A stretch of 50,119 nucleotides of DNA, from NCBI GenBank assembly GCA_023427945.1, contig JAEYZR010000188.1, positions 1 to 50,119 of the forward strand, read 5' to 3'. Below are positions 20,450 through 28,481 of this stretch, piece by piece; the stretch's first letter is position 1, and every line of letters begins with the position of its first letter. The translations under genes were made by a program, and so were the position numbers. The notes beneath the pieces are model-generated. The model was given only the letters and a program-made list of their open reading frames with translations, did no database searches and had not been told where the DNA came from. The DNA is from Pseudomonadota bacterium (GTDB lineage: Bacteria > Pseudomonadota > Gammaproteobacteria > Burkholderiales > Burkholderiaceae_B).

Positions 20450-21604
20450 ATGAAACACCCCTTCCGCCTCACTGTGCTGTGTGCCGCCACGGCATTGGCC
20501 CTGATCGGATGCGCCCCCTCCGGCGGAGATCGCCAGGCAACTGGCGCCCTGCCCGGCGCGGCTGCCCAGAAACCCTCGGCGACGGTCTTGCGCAAGGAGA
20601 TTGCGCAAGGCGTCTACGAGCTGGTCTACAGCGAAAAACAGAACCTGTTGTTCGTGGCTTCTGCCGGTAATGCTTCCGATCCCAGCGTTCCGTATCAGGT
20701 GCTGGTCGTCAAGCCGGACGATCTGAGCGTCGTGCAGACGATCAAACTTCCCTTGAGGGCCTTCAGCCTGGCGCTGGACGATGCGGGCGACCGGTTATAC
20801 GTCGGCCACACAGGCCAGGGCAGTGTCACCGTCATCGACACCAGGACGCTGGAGATTCGCGACACCTACACGCTGGCCCGGATGAACAAGCGTCCGAATG
20901 GCCGTGAAAGCCCCGAGTACCATTTCCGCCAGATGGTGCTGGATACGCGCAATCAACGGCTGTACATGCCTGGCTTCAACGATAGCGAGAGCAAGCTGTT
21001 TGTCGTGAACACCAGCACCGGACAGATCGAGAAAATCCTCCCGGGGTTCGGCTTCACTGCCACCGGTATTGCCCTGGATGCCAGGCGCGATCGTCTGTAC
21101 GTCTCCAACATGCAGGGCGAGGCGATTGTCGTGGATACCCGCGCCAACGAGATTGTGAAACGCTTCGACATGCGCGCCGAACAGCCGCTGAATCTGGCTT
21201 ATGACGAAGCGACCGATCGACTGCTGGCCGTGGATCAGGGGCATCCGAAAATGCGCGAATTCCAAAAACGGGGCATACCCAACTACACATCGTCGCATGA
21301 CGGCAATCGTGTGGTGGTGATCGATCTGGCGACAGAAAAGCAGGTTGCCGAAATGCCCGCGACCGGGCCGATCAACCTGAGGATCGATGCGCCGCGCCAG
21401 CGCCTGTACGTGACCAATCGCCTCTCGGGCGAAGTGACGGTATTTGACAGCAAGACCTACGAGAAACTGCAAGCTGTCAGCCTGCCTGCACATCCCAATA
21501 CGCTGGCGGTCAACCGCCAGACAGGCGATGTGTATGTATCGGTGAAGAACGGAGAAGATCAGCCCAAGGGTGCGCTGGAAAGCGTGGCCCGGATTCGTTT
21601 CTGA
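20450..21604 (+). CDS. YncE-like beta-propeller lipoprotein
   Basis: Lipobox LALIGC; RLYV blades; paralogous to 2039-3202. Confidence 0.87.
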   Translation: MKHPFRLTVLCAATALALIGCAPSGGDRQATGALPGAAAQKPSATVLRKEIAQGVYELVYSEKQNLLFVASAGNASDPSVPYQVLVVKPDDLSVVQTIKLPLRAFSLALDDAGDRLYVGHTGQGSVTVIDTRTLEIRDTYTLARMNKRPNGRESPEYHFRQMVLDTRNQRLYMPGFNDSESKLFVVNTSTGQIEKILPGFGFTATGIALDARRDRLYVSNMQGEAIVVDTRANEIVKRFDMRAEQPLNLAYDEATDRLLAVDQGHPKMREFQKRGIPNYTSSHDGNRVVVIDLATEKQVAEMPATGPINLRIDAPRQRLYVTNRLSGEVTVFDSKTYEKLQAVSLPAHPNTLAVNRQTGDVYVSVKNGEDQPKGALESVARIRF

Positions 21605-21652
21605 GTCTCCTGACTGCGGGGGGTCTCGTCTGCGACGGTGTCCCCCGTCTTT

Positions 21653-22210
21653 TCAACTCGGTGCGATGCGTTGACGGAACTTCATGCCACGCCGCAGCAC
21701 GCTACGCATCCGCAGTCGCCGACGCAGACAGCCTTGTTCTGCTTCGCTGAGCAGGTGTGGCGCATGATTGCCGATCAGGCGCAGCAGATGAAACCGGGTG
21801 ACCTCGCTTGCTATCCACCAGCCAGGACTCAGGCGCCAGCGGCGCAAGGTACATCGCTCGAAGTCCACCAGGCCTGGTCTGTCGTCGGGCAGCACGATGA
21901 CATCGCGGGGAGGCAAGGAATGACGGGCCACGCCGTTATGCAGCATCTGCTCGATCAAGGTGCGCAGCTCGATGAATACGTTGTCCGGCACATTCTTGCT
22001 GTCGGCCAGCGCAACACCGGGTAACCGCTCGGTCACCAGGAAGCGCTCGGACGTCGAGTATTCCAGTACCGCCGGCACACCCGAGATGCCGGCCAGCCGA
22101 CCCAGGGCCTCGATCTCGCGACTCAGCCGGCGGCTTCTGTTGTGACCGCGCACGAAATGCTTGACCACACGATCATCGTGAATCTGAACACGATTCTTTC
22201 TGTCGTTCAT
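21653..22210 (-). CDS. Small protein-kinase-like fold protein (RIO/Kdo-kinase/phosphotransferase-like) with degenerate catalytic loop
   Basis: VVK, REIEALGRLAG..GVP, LVTERLPG and LVDFE motifs; RBS GAGGATGAGGGC before ATG. Confidence 0.7.
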   Translation of the reverse strand: MNDRKNRVQIHDDRVVKHFVRGHNRSRRLSREIEALGRLAGISGVPAVLEYSTSERFLVTERLPGVALADSKNVPDNVFIELRTLIEQMLHNGVARHSLPPRDVIVLPDDRPGLVDFERCTLRRWRLSPGWWIASEVTRFHLLRLIGNHAPHLLSEAEQGCLRRRLRMRSVLRRGMKFRQRIAPS

Positions 22211-22326
22211 GCCCTCATCCTCAGCACGGTCGCTTATCAGACGACCCCAGCCATGAGGCCGTCAGAACGTTGGTTTTATGGAGATAAATCATATTGAAAA
22301 TAGTATCAAATGAAAGAACCCGTTAT

Positions 22327-22345
22327 CTTTCACATTGCTTTCACA
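22327..22345. promoter_or_regulatory. 11-bp-periodic direct repeat CTTTCACA-N3-CTTTCACA, possible OmpR-family response-regulator site
   Basis: Exact 8-mer repeated one helical turn apart in the AT-rich divergent intergenic region. Confidence 0.5.
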
Positions 22346-22665
22346 AACTTGTGGGTCTACCAGCGCAATCTGGAAACATTTACTGACGTGGCACTGACGA
22401 TCAGACGCGCATAGCGCCACTAAAAAATACGAACAGCATGCGTCGACAGGGGCGCCAACCGGCAGAGGACATGGACTGGTAACGATTGGACGCTCACTTC
22501 TTCAGCCACCACAGAGCGATATTTCAAACACCCGATTCAGAGACGGCGCTGGGCTTTGCGCTTGACTGACCTCTACAGCCTCCGGTCTGCAGTAAGACCT
22601 GCGGCAGCCCGCTGCGAAAAAACCGTGGCAGGATGCGCACGACAGGACTATGGAGGGGTATCGAC

Positions 22666-23568
22666 ATGGGAAATTTCTGCACCAGCGTAGCCGCCACGAC
22701 AAGGCCACGCCCGCCCGTGCGCGAGAGCATTGCCCTGACACCGATCAGGACTCTCTTCCAAAGAGACATGCGCACCATCCGCAGTTCCGTGCGCCTTACG
22801 GATCTCCCCGAGGAAATGCTGTGGCACACTGCCTGCAAGCTCGACGCCCAGAGCTACGCCAACTTCCGCCTGAGTTGCAAGGACGTCCGATCTGCACTTC
22901 CCAGCCCTCGTCAAATCAACGAGAAAATAAAAGGGGCCCTGACAACAGATGGGAATCTCTTCAGGCTTTCGGCACAAGGCAAGCTTGCATCGCTGATCGG
23001 CGCCAGCAACGCGAACATCCGATTTTCAATCAAGCACGGCATACACCGGTGGATCGACCTTTTTGAAGGTCAGCCGGATAACCTGTGTTTTGTGTTCCTG
23101 TTCGGCAACCATGCCCCCAAGACCAATACAAGAGACCGTGACGTCATCGAAAACGTCCTGCGCCAGATTGGTCGAGACCTGAATGGAGAGAAGGAAGCGC
23201 CCCCGGCGCTCTATCGTTACCAGGACGGAACTGACTTTGGTCAGAATTACGCCGTACACGGACTAGCTGTCGAAAAAGAAAAAATAGATTTGGAATTGCT
23301 GAGCATGATGCTCTTTTCCACGAACCGAATATTCGAGGAAGGAACGTGCGCGGAGATGCTGATCACATTATCTGTGCTTTCCCACTTTCTCACCGCCCTT
23401 GAAGAGCAGCCTGACATGGCAAAGCTTTTCGATGAGCATCGGGACAGCATGTTTTCGATCTATCCGGAACTGATGCATTGCGCCAGGCAACTCGGGAAAT
23501 GGCGCGAACAAAAGAACCCTGATTGTCGGTACATGAGGGACATGCTTCGGGACGCCAGTAGCGACTGA
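22666..23568 (+). CDS. F-box motif-containing protein, candidate secreted effector (300 aa)
   Basis: RBS GGAGG before ATG 22666; N-terminus MGNFCTS; residues 44-78 (LTDLPEEMLWHTACKLDAQSYANFRLSCKDVRSAL) fit the F-box pattern; has its own terminator. Confidence 0.75.
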   Translation: MGNFCTSVAATTRPRPPVRESIALTPIRTLFQRDMRTIRSSVRLTDLPEEMLWHTACKLDAQSYANFRLSCKDVRSALPSPRQINEKIKGALTTDGNLFRLSAQGKLASLIGASNANIRFSIKHGIHRWIDLFEGQPDNLCFVFLFGNHAPKTNTRDRDVIENVLRQIGRDLNGEKEAPPALYRYQDGTDFGQNYAVHGLAVEKEKIDLELLSMMLFSTNRIFEEGTCAEMLITLSVLSHFLTALEEQPDMAKLFDEHRDSMFSIYPELMHCARQLGKWREQKNPDCRYMRDMLRDASSD

Positions 23569-23584
23569 TACTGTCGCGATCATC

Positions 23585-23613
23585 AGCCGGGCGCAAAAGG
23601 CCCGGCTTTTTTT
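23585..23613 (+). terminator. Intrinsic terminator after F-box gene
   Basis: AGCCGGGC-7nt-GCCCGGCT followed by a T-run. Confidence 0.85.
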
Positions 23614-23670
23614 CGTCTGCCCCCGGTGTGTCGGTGCCCACCAAGCCATCGCACCATGTACGATTGACTT

Positions 23671-23690
23671 ATTGTATGACGATATGATAA
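23671..23690 (+). promoter_or_regulatory. Putative operator (ATTGTATGACGATATGATAA) upstream of ALDH operon
   Basis: Matches the motifs upstream of dctP and of the Bug gene at 28482-29450. Confidence 0.55.
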
Positions 23691-23922
23691 AGTCAGGCAT
23701 TCGTCAGCCTACCCCCGACACGGTGGCATCAATGAAAAATAATAGGTTCGAGACAACCTGCGCCACGGCATTCTCTGCTGCGTGCGCCGCGACTGCCGCC
23801 CCATCTGTATCCATCGCCGCGCATGCAAGTCGCGCCGATGTTCCCCGTCTTCTTTCCCGGATCACCCCCCTATCGGCGCGCGAGCTCTGCTGAGCCCTCA
23901 CGCCTTGCCAAGGAGCCCCCTT

Positions 23923-25350
23923 ATGGATCGCACCGCCCAGTTCTACATCAATGGCACGTGGACAGCGCCCGCCTCGCCGTCGTGGTTCGACGTGCTGAAC
24001 CCGTCCAACGAACAGAAGATCGCCCGCCTGGCGATGGGCTCGGCCACCGACGTGGATCGCGCCGTGGCCGCTGCACGTGCGGCCTTCCCCAAATTCTCGA
24101 GCACGACGCCTGCCGAGCGCGTCGCGCTGCTGGAACGCGTACTGGACATCTACCAGCGCCGCTACGACGAATTCGTCGAGCTCATCCGCATCGAGATGGG
24201 CGCCCCCGTGAGCTTTGCGCGCAGCATGCAGGCCGCACGCGGGACCTCGCACCTGACCGAGATCATCCGCGTGTTGCGTGATTTCAAGTTCGAGGAAGTG
24301 AACGGCACTACCCTGCTCACGCATGAAGCGATCGGGGTGTGCGGGCTGATCACGCCGTGGAATGCACCGGTGAACCAGGTCGTGGTGAAGGTCGCGCCCG
24401 CACTGGCCGCAGGCTGCACCGTCGTGCTCAAGCCCAGCGAATACTCGCCGCTGAGCGCCCTGCTCTTTGCCGAAGTGCTGGACGAAGCGGGCGTGCCGCC
24501 GGGCGTGTTCAACCTGGTCAACGGCACCGGTGAGCAGGTCGGCGCGGCCATCGCAGCGCATCCCGACATCGACATGGTGTCCTTCACCGGCTCGACGCGT
24601 GCGGGCGTGCTGGTGGCCAAATCGGCGGCCGATACGGTCAAGCGCGTCACACAGGAACTGGGCGGCAAGTCGGCCAACATCCTCCTGGACGACGTGAACC
24701 TGGAAGACGCCGTGACACGCGGTGTCGCGGCCTGCTTTGCCAACGCCGGCCAGACCTGCACCAGCCCCACCCGCATGCTGGTGCCGCAGGCCAAGCTGGA
24801 AGAAGCTGGCCGCATTGCCGCAGCGGCGGCCGAACGCTTCGTCGTGGGCCCCACTGAAGATCCCGCCACGCAACTCGGTCCCCTGGTGAACCGCTCGCAG
24901 TTCGAGCGCGCCCAGAAGCTCGTGCAACGTGGCATCGACGAAGGCGCACGCCTGCTCACAGGCGGCACAGGCCGCCCGGAAGGTGTGTCGCAGGGCTACT
25001 ACATGAAGCCCACGGTGTTCACCGATGTCGATCCGGACATGGTGATCGCACGCGAGGAAATCTTCGGCCCCGTGCTCTCGATCATTCCGTACGACACCGA
25101 GGAAAACGCCATTGCGATCGCCAACGACACGCCCTACGGTCTTGCGGCCTACGTGCAGTCCAGCGACCTGGCGCGCGCCCGTAACGTCGGCCGTCAATTG
25201 CGTGCCGGCGGCGTGCACCTGAACTATCCCGCACCCGACTACAGCGCCCCCTTCGGCGGCTTCAAGCAATCGGGCAATGGCCGCGAATGGGGCGGCCACG
25301 GCCTGCGCGAATACCTCGAAGTCAAGAGTCTCGTGGGTTACGCACCTTGA
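23923..25350 (+). CDS. NAD(P)-dependent aldehyde dehydrogenase
   Basis: ITPWN, FTGS, ELGGKS, catalytic Cys in NAGQTC, EEIFGPV; RBS AAGGAG. Confidence 0.95.
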   Translation: MDRTAQFYINGTWTAPASPSWFDVLNPSNEQKIARLAMGSATDVDRAVAAARAAFPKFSSTTPAERVALLERVLDIYQRRYDEFVELIRIEMGAPVSFARSMQAARGTSHLTEIIRVLRDFKFEEVNGTTLLTHEAIGVCGLITPWNAPVNQVVVKVAPALAAGCTVVLKPSEYSPLSALLFAEVLDEAGVPPGVFNLVNGTGEQVGAAIAAHPDIDMVSFTGSTRAGVLVAKSAADTVKRVTQELGGKSANILLDDVNLEDAVTRGVAACFANAGQTCTSPTRMLVPQAKLEEAGRIAAAAAERFVVGPTEDPATQLGPLVNRSQFERAQKLVQRGIDEGARLLTGGTGRPEGVSQGYYMKPTVFTDVDPDMVIAREEIFGPVLSIIPYDTEENAIAIANDTPYGLAAYVQSSDLARARNVGRQLRAGGVHLNYPAPDYSAPFGGFKQSGNGREWGGHGLREYLEVKSLVGYAP

Positions 25351-25404
25351 TCGCGGGCTATGCACCGCACTCTTCATCCTTAACTTTTCGATCAGACAAA
25401 AATT

Positions 25405-25800
25405 ATGAACGCGATGTTTGACAAGGGCTTTGCCAACCGCAAGGCCGTGCTGGGCGCAGCCCATGTAGAGAAATCCTGGGCCAATGCCGACGACTTCAAC
25501 CGGCCCATGCAGAAGCTGGTCACCGAATACTGCTGGGGTGCTGTCTGGGGCGACGACACGCTGCCGATGAAGACCCGCAGCATCATCAACGTCGCGATGC
25601 TCACGGCCATGAGCCAGCATCACGAACTGGCCGTCCATGTGAAGGGTGCGCTGAACAACGGCGTGACCAAGGAAGAGATCCGCGCCGTGCTCACGCAGGC
25701 CGCTGTCTATTGTGGCGCTCCCTTGGGTCTGGCGGCGTTCCGCGTGGCCAGCGAAACCATTGCTGCCTACGAGGCGGCTAAGGCAGCTGAACATGAGTGA
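25405..25800 (+). CDS. Carboxymuconolactone decarboxylase (CMD/AhpD) family protein
   Basis: EYCWGAVW...RSIINVAML...HVKGALNNG...AVYCG. Confidence 0.9.
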   Translation: MNAMFDKGFANRKAVLGAAHVEKSWANADDFNRPMQKLVTEYCWGAVWGDDTLPMKTRSIINVAMLTAMSQHHELAVHVKGALNNGVTKEEIRAVLTQAAVYCGAPLGLAAFRVASETIAAYEAAKAAEHE

Positions 25801-27412
25801 ACCATCGACTGCCGACGAGTTCGACTACGTCATCGTAGGCGGCGGTGCAGCCGGCTGCGTGCTGGCAGCACGATTGACCGAAGACCCCGGTGTCACGGTC
25901 TGCCTGCTCGAATCGGGCCCGCCTGACCGTCATCCGATGATCCGCATCCCCGCTGGTGTGATCAAGTTGCTGTTCAATCCGCGCGTGGCCTGGCAGTTCC
26001 GCACCGAGCCGTCCGAAGGAACGAACGGCCGCCGCGTGTTTGCCCCCCAGGGACGCACCCTGGGCGGTTCGAGCTCGATCAACGGCATGATCTACAACCG
26101 CGGGCTGGCCTCCGACTACAACACCTGGGCCAGCATGGGCAACCCGGGCTGGGACTACAAAAGCGTACTGCCCTACTTCCTGAAGTCGCAAAGACGCATC
26201 GGCGGCCCCGAAGGCGAATATGTCGGTCGCAGCGGCGCCCTGCCGGTGAGCGACACCGACTGGAAGCTGCCACCGATCGACGCCTTCCTGGAAGGTGTGT
26301 ACGCCCAGGGCGTGCCGCGCAACCCGGACTACAACGGCGCCACGCAGGCCGGTGCGGGCTACCTGCAACGCGTCATCGAAAACGGACGACGGGTGAATGC
26401 GGCCCGTGCCTTCCTGCGCCCGGCCATGCGCCGGGGCGGTCTGACGGTACGCACCGAAGCACACGCCACGCGCATCCTGTTTGCCGAACGTCGCGCAGTC
26501 GGCGTGCAGTACAAGGTGAACGGAGAGGCACGCGAAGTCCGCGCACGGCGCGAGGTCATCGTGTCCGCTGGAGCCATCAACACGCCCAAGCTGCTGCAGC
26601 TCTCGGGCGTGGGCCCCGGCGAACTCTTGCGCAAGTTGCAGATTCCGGTAGTGCTGGATCAGCCTGCCGTCGGCCAGAACCTGCAGGATCATTACGTGAG
26701 CCGCACTGTCGTGCGCGTGAAGAACAGCCGCACGGCCAACAATCTCTCGCGCTGGCCGTGGCTGGGGATGGAGATCGGCAAGTGGCTCATGCGCAAGCCG
26801 AGCATTCTGGGCCTGGCGTCTTCGCTGGCCTATGTGTTCTGGAAGAGTACGCCCGAACAGCCCGAGCCGGATCTGCAGTTCGTGCTCACTCCCATCAGCT
26901 TCAAAGGCGGACAGTTCGGCGTTCTGGACGACTTCCCCGGCATGTCGCTCGCGGTATGGGCGCATCGCCCCACGAGCAGCGGCCATGTGAGCATCGTCTC
27001 CAGCGATCCCTCGCAGGACCCGGTCATCCAGCCCAACTACCTGCGCGACGAAGCCGACCAGCGCGCGCACATTGCCGGTGTCCGGCTCACGCGCAAGTTC
27101 CTGGGTTCCCCGGAAGTCAGCCACTACATCGCCAACGAGGAAGTGCCGGGCAAGGAGGCACAGACCGACGAGGAGATCCTGGACTTCGCACGCAACACCG
27201 GTTCGACCGTCTACCACTTCTGCGGAACCTGCCGCATGGGTGCCAAGGACGATCCCCAGGCCGTTGTCGGTCCCGACCTGAAGGTGCACGGTCTTGAAGG
27301 TCTGCGCGTGATCGACTCCTCGGTCATGCCCCGCGTGCCATCGGGCAACACCTATGCGCCAACGCTGATGATCGCCGAGAAAGGGGCGGACATCCTGCGT
27401 GGCCGCGGCTGA
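25793..27412 (+). CDS. GMC family oxidoreductase (choline dehydrogenase-like)
   Basis: DYVIVGGGAAG, GRTLGGSSSINGM, VGQNLQDH and YHFCGTCRMG motifs. Confidence 0.95.
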   Translation: MSEPSTADEFDYVIVGGGAAGCVLAARLTEDPGVTVCLLESGPPDRHPMIRIPAGVIKLLFNPRVAWQFRTEPSEGTNGRRVFAPQGRTLGGSSSINGMIYNRGLASDYNTWASMGNPGWDYKSVLPYFLKSQRRIGGPEGEYVGRSGALPVSDTDWKLPPIDAFLEGVYAQGVPRNPDYNGATQAGAGYLQRVIENGRRVNAARAFLRPAMRRGGLTVRTEAHATRILFAERRAVGVQYKVNGEAREVRARREVIVSAGAINTPKLLQLSGVGPGELLRKLQIPVVLDQPAVGQNLQDHYVSRTVVRVKNSRTANNLSRWPWLGMEIGKWLMRKPSILGLASSLAYVFWKSTPEQPEPDLQFVLTPISFKGGQFGVLDDFPGMSLAVWAHRPTSSGHVSIVSSDPSQDPVIQPNYLRDEADQRAHIAGVRLTRKFLGSPEVSHYIANEEVPGKEAQTDEEILDFARNTGSTVYHFCGTCRMGAKDDPQAVVGPDLKVHGLEGLRVIDSSVMPRVPSGNTYAPTLMIAEKGADILRGRG

Positions 27413-27454
27413 CCGCACACCGACACCCTGCAACCTCATACTCTGGAGGCCATC

Positions 27455-28402
27455 ATGAGCAAACCCGAATCGCCAGGCGAGGACTACGCGCCCAAGGCAT
27501 CAGATCAGTTTCGTATCGTAGACGCCCACCATCACCTGTGGAACATCGAAGGCCATATCAACTATCCCTGGTTGACGCACGACGAATGGACCATTCTCGG
27601 TGATTACTCGGCGCTCAAGCGCACTTATCTTCCGCCCGAGTTGCGCCGCGATGCCGCCTTGCATCGCCTGGTCGGCTCGGTGGCCGTCGAGGCAGAATGT
27701 GATCGATCCCAGCAAGTGGAAGAGGCGGCCTGGTTCAGCTCGATGAACGAGCGGCATGGCCTGCCTGACGTGATCGTTGCGCATGCCTGGGTGGACACCG
27801 ACAATGCCGAAGAGATTCTGGCAAAACTGGCGGCCATGCCGCTGGTGCGCGGTGTACGCACCAAGCCCGTCACCTCGGCGAGCCCGAATGAATCGGTGCG
27901 TGGCGAGCCACGCAGCATGCAGGATCCGAAGTGGCTCGAAGGCCTGCAGCTTCTGCAGAAGTACGGGCTGTCGTTCGATCTGCGCCTGCCGTGGTGGCAT
28001 CTGGAGGAAGGGGCCGAAGTGGCTGCGGCCTTGCCCGATCTGCCCATCGCGCTCAACCACACAGGCTACCCGCTGGACCGAAGCCCCGAGGCACTGGAGG
28101 TCTGGCGCAAGGGGATGCAAAAGCTCGCGCAGTTGCCCAACGTGCATTGCAAGGTGTCGGGGCTGTGCGTGCCCGGCGAACCCTGGACCTACGAATCGAA
28201 TGCGCCGATCATCCGCGACACCATCGCCATGTTCGGTGTTGAACGTTGCATGTTCGCATCCAATTTCCCGGTGGACAGCCTGAAGATCACCTGGGATCGC
28301 ATGTACACCTCGTACAAACGCGCGATTGCCCACATGCCGGTCGAGCAACAGCAGGCCATGCTGGCGGACAACGCCATCCGCTTCTATCGCATGGGTCTCT
28401 GA
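27455..28402 (+). CDS. Amidohydrolase family protein (lactonase-like subgroup)
   Basis: IVDAHHHLW, LNHTG and CMFASNFPVD motifs. Confidence 0.9.
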   Translation: MSKPESPGEDYAPKASDQFRIVDAHHHLWNIEGHINYPWLTHDEWTILGDYSALKRTYLPPELRRDAALHRLVGSVAVEAECDRSQQVEEAAWFSSMNERHGLPDVIVAHAWVDTDNAEEILAKLAAMPLVRGVRTKPVTSASPNESVRGEPRSMQDPKWLEGLQLLQKYGLSFDLRLPWWHLEEGAEVAAALPDLPIALNHTGYPLDRSPEALEVWRKGMQKLAQLPNVHCKVSGLCVPGEPWTYESNAPIIRDTIAMFGVERCMFASNFPVDSLKITWDRMYTSYKRAIAHMPVEQQQAMLADNAIRFYRMGL

Positions 28403-28405
28403 CAT

Positions 28406-28441
28406 AAAAAAACCTGCGCTCGCCCGGAGGCTTGCGCAGGT
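28406..28441 (-). terminator. Intrinsic terminator between convergent genes
   Basis: ACCTGCGC...GCGCAGGT stem with A7 on the + strand (U-tail on minus). Confidence 0.65.
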
Positions 28442-28481
28442 GTCAAGGACCTGACAGGCACCAAGGTGCCTGTTCCATGCA

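Noticed and set aside
21616..21653. Possible terminator between yncE-like and kinase-like genes
   Set aside because: Stem is imperfect and the T-tail short; plausible but not supportable.
22292..22310. Fur-box-like ATTGAAAATAGTATCAAAT
   Set aside because: One base short of the 7-1-7 spacing and within generally AT-rich DNA; too weak to call.
22350..22665. hrp box (GGAACC-N16-CCAC) or PIP box (TTCG-N16-TTCG) upstream of the F-box gene
   Set aside because: Searched by eye and found no convincing match, so the promoter gives no support for type III co-regulation.
23704..25794. 696-aa minus-strand ORF
   Set aside because: Antisense shadow of the ALDH and CMD genes; expected in high-GC DNA; no protein motifs.
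25778..27439. 553-aa minus-strand ORF
   Set aside because: Antisense shadow of the GMC oxidoreductase.
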